DNA from: Atractiella rhizophila
Lineage: Eukaryota
Direction: 5' to 3'
DNA length: 52,247 nt
NCBI GenBank assembly: GCA_021432655.1
Contig: MU271502.1
Span: 1-52,247, forward strand
In this document: one piece after another, positions 50,388-52,247 of the stretch
Position numbering within the stretch: position 1 is the first letter of the stretch
Layout of the letters: the number at the start of each line of letters is the position of its first letter
Made by a program: the position numbers and the translations under genes
Notes under the pieces: generated by a model
Told to the model about the DNA's origin: nothing
What the model saw: the letters and a program-made list of their open reading frames with translations, nothing else
Databases searched by the model: none

Positions 50388-52247
50388 ATGCTCCCACGCC
50401 TCGAATACGATCTATACGACCGTCTCGAAGACTCTCGTTTCTACCCCAAAGCGGCACGACCGCCTTCACGCTCGTCCACCATCTCCACCTCTCGCGAACC
50501 AGAATATTATCCACCCCGTCCACCCCCACGACAGACCAGCTCTCCCTCCCTCATCCCGAACAGGGACGACTACCGGTCCATCTCACCCACCATGAAGCAC
50601 GGTCGCCTGCCCTCGCCTTCTCTGCCTCCAAGTCCCACACCTCAAGCTCGCTTCCAATACCGAGACGAGAGGGAGAGGTATTATGATGGACGAGAGACCA
50701 GAAATGGAGGATTGGAGCCGCAGATGCATTCGAAGCGAGGAAGGAAATTGCCCATGGCTCAGCTCTTGGCTGCACATCGATCCACAGCCGTACCCGTCCA
50801 TCCGAACGAGAATAGACGGGTGCGTGGATTACCCGAAGGCGTTAAGCCCCCGATTGAGGAGGAGGAATTGTTGCGTGATGTCATTTATCTCCTACAGGGC
50901 ATAGATGGCAAGTGGGTCCGTTTCAAAGGCGCGCCGTTGAGGGAACTTGGGGAGGAAGAGGAGGAGGAAGAGGGAAGCGACGGTGGGAGCTTTGGTGGAG
51001 AAGAGGAGAGAGGTGGAGGAGGGGGTGGCGGTGGTGGTGGTGGGAGAAAGGTGGAGGTGGCAGGAGTGGACGAAAAGGTGGAAGAGCGAGAAGGCGGCAT
51101 CTGGGTCGTCGAAGATTCCGTCTACTCCATCCCTCCCACCACGCTCGACCTGCTCCACCGTCTAGGCGAGCTCGGATTCCTCTACCGAAAAATCTCTCAA
51201 GCCATCCTCACCGCTCCCCGTCCCGTCAGACGCCATCATCATCACCGTCCGCTTTCCAACCTCCACCCGCACGCCGCTGCCGCTCCTTCTGCCGGATCGG
51301 GGGGAGGAGGGGGAATGGTCCTCCAATCGCTTCATCATGCGCTGCAGAAAGAACTCCAGGAATATTACCGCACAATCGCGATCCTAGAGTCGCGTCTATC
51401 CCTCCCCACGAATGCGGATTCGCTCGCGTCGCCTTCCAAACACTCCAAACCGTCCTCGCAAACGCACTCCACCTCATCCCAACAGCTCCTCGCCGAACTG
51501 GAGGAAGGAGGGTTGACTCTGAAACGGGTGTGTGTGTGGACTTCGGAGGTGAGACTGAGGATGAGGACGATGTCGGTCTTGTTGGAAGGAAGCAAATCTA
51601 CCCATGGCGGATCCCTCATCTCCCTCTTACACTCTTACACGTCCACCGGAGATCCTTTCCTGTTAAAATTCACAACCTCCCTCCTCTCCCTCGTCAGCAT
51701 ACCCTTCTTCAAGACCCTCTCGCTCTGGATTTACGAGGGAGAGCTCCAGGATCCGTTTGATGAGTTCTTCGTGGAGGTCAATCCGGAGATGAGGGATGGG
51801 TTGAGGAGGGAAGGATGGGAGGATGAGGGGTTCGGAGGAAGGGAGAGGGGGAAGGAAGAAGGTGGTGGAAGGAGGGAGTGGGAGGGAAAGTTTGGCTTCA
51901 GAGAGGGGATGGTGCCTAGTTTCGTCGAGAGGGGATTCGCAAAGAAGGTGAGCCGACGTTCCCCCCTCTTCCATCAGCTGCTATGGATTCTGACTGGTCT
52001 CATTCTTGCTTGTGGCAGATCTTCAGTACGGGAAAGAGCTTGAATTTCATCAAGTATTCTTGTGGTGACAAAGATTGGATCGTCACCCGCAATAAACTGT
52101 CCACTGACGCTTCTCGAGGTTTGTCCTTCATCCCTCCGTTCTCCTAACTGACGAGTCACAGAGCTCAAATATTCCGACATCTCCGGCTTGGAAAGGAGCA
52201 TCGAGTCGGCATACAAGATCGCCTCCCAACGTCTCTTCGACATCTTC
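50388..52247 (+). CDS. SPC98: Gamma-tubulin complex component 3 (Spc98/Alp6/GCP3); runs off the window end
   Basis: EEELLRDVIYLLQGIDGKWVRF, LLHRLGELGFLYRKI, MVLQSLHHALQKELQEYYRTIAILE, GLTLKR, GGSLISLLHSY...GDPF, WIYEGELQDPFDEFFV, and spliced KK|IFSTGKSLNFIKYSCGD. Confidence 0.93.

Noticed and set aside
50912..51760. 282-aa alternative-frame ORF inside GCP3, and similar shadow ORFs at 46902-47705 and 17565-18248
   Set aside because: These are by-products of low-complexity, stop-poor coding sequence of well-supported genes.

Overview
This is a gene-dense, intron-rich eukaryotic window. Introns are mostly ~50-60 nt GT-AG with CTRAY-like branch points, and the gene content points to a basidiomycete fungus. 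I assembled the gene models by hand from splice signals, and family calls rest on recognised motifs, not database searches. In order: the 5' end of a Sip3/Ysp1(Lam1)-like gene; a decayed FunK1-type fungal kinase; a secreted GMC oxidoreductase with a GPI-like tail; a peptidase M50B-like membrane protein with a 516-nt intron; a PITH-domain protein; a probable Tim44/Mba1-like mitochondrial protein; a metacaspase; a DHA1 MFS transporter with an RS/RD-rich N-terminus; a 4.2-kb gene-poor gap; an uncharacterised ~740-aa, strongly codon-biased protein with TIM-barrel-like motifs; an intronless F-box gene; a short Zn2Cys6 factor with a 9-nt micro-exon; Erv25/p24; an ABC half-transporter; an RraA-like aldolase; and a run of chromosome/mitosis genes (H2A ending in SQEL, separase, a large forkhead factor, GCP3/Spc98) with MCB/SCB motifs in their promoters. 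The best candidates for something undescribed are the 740-aa barrel-like protein and its neighbourhood, the mitotic gene cluster, and the structured long intron. I found no rRNA, tRNA, CRISPR array or intact transposon.
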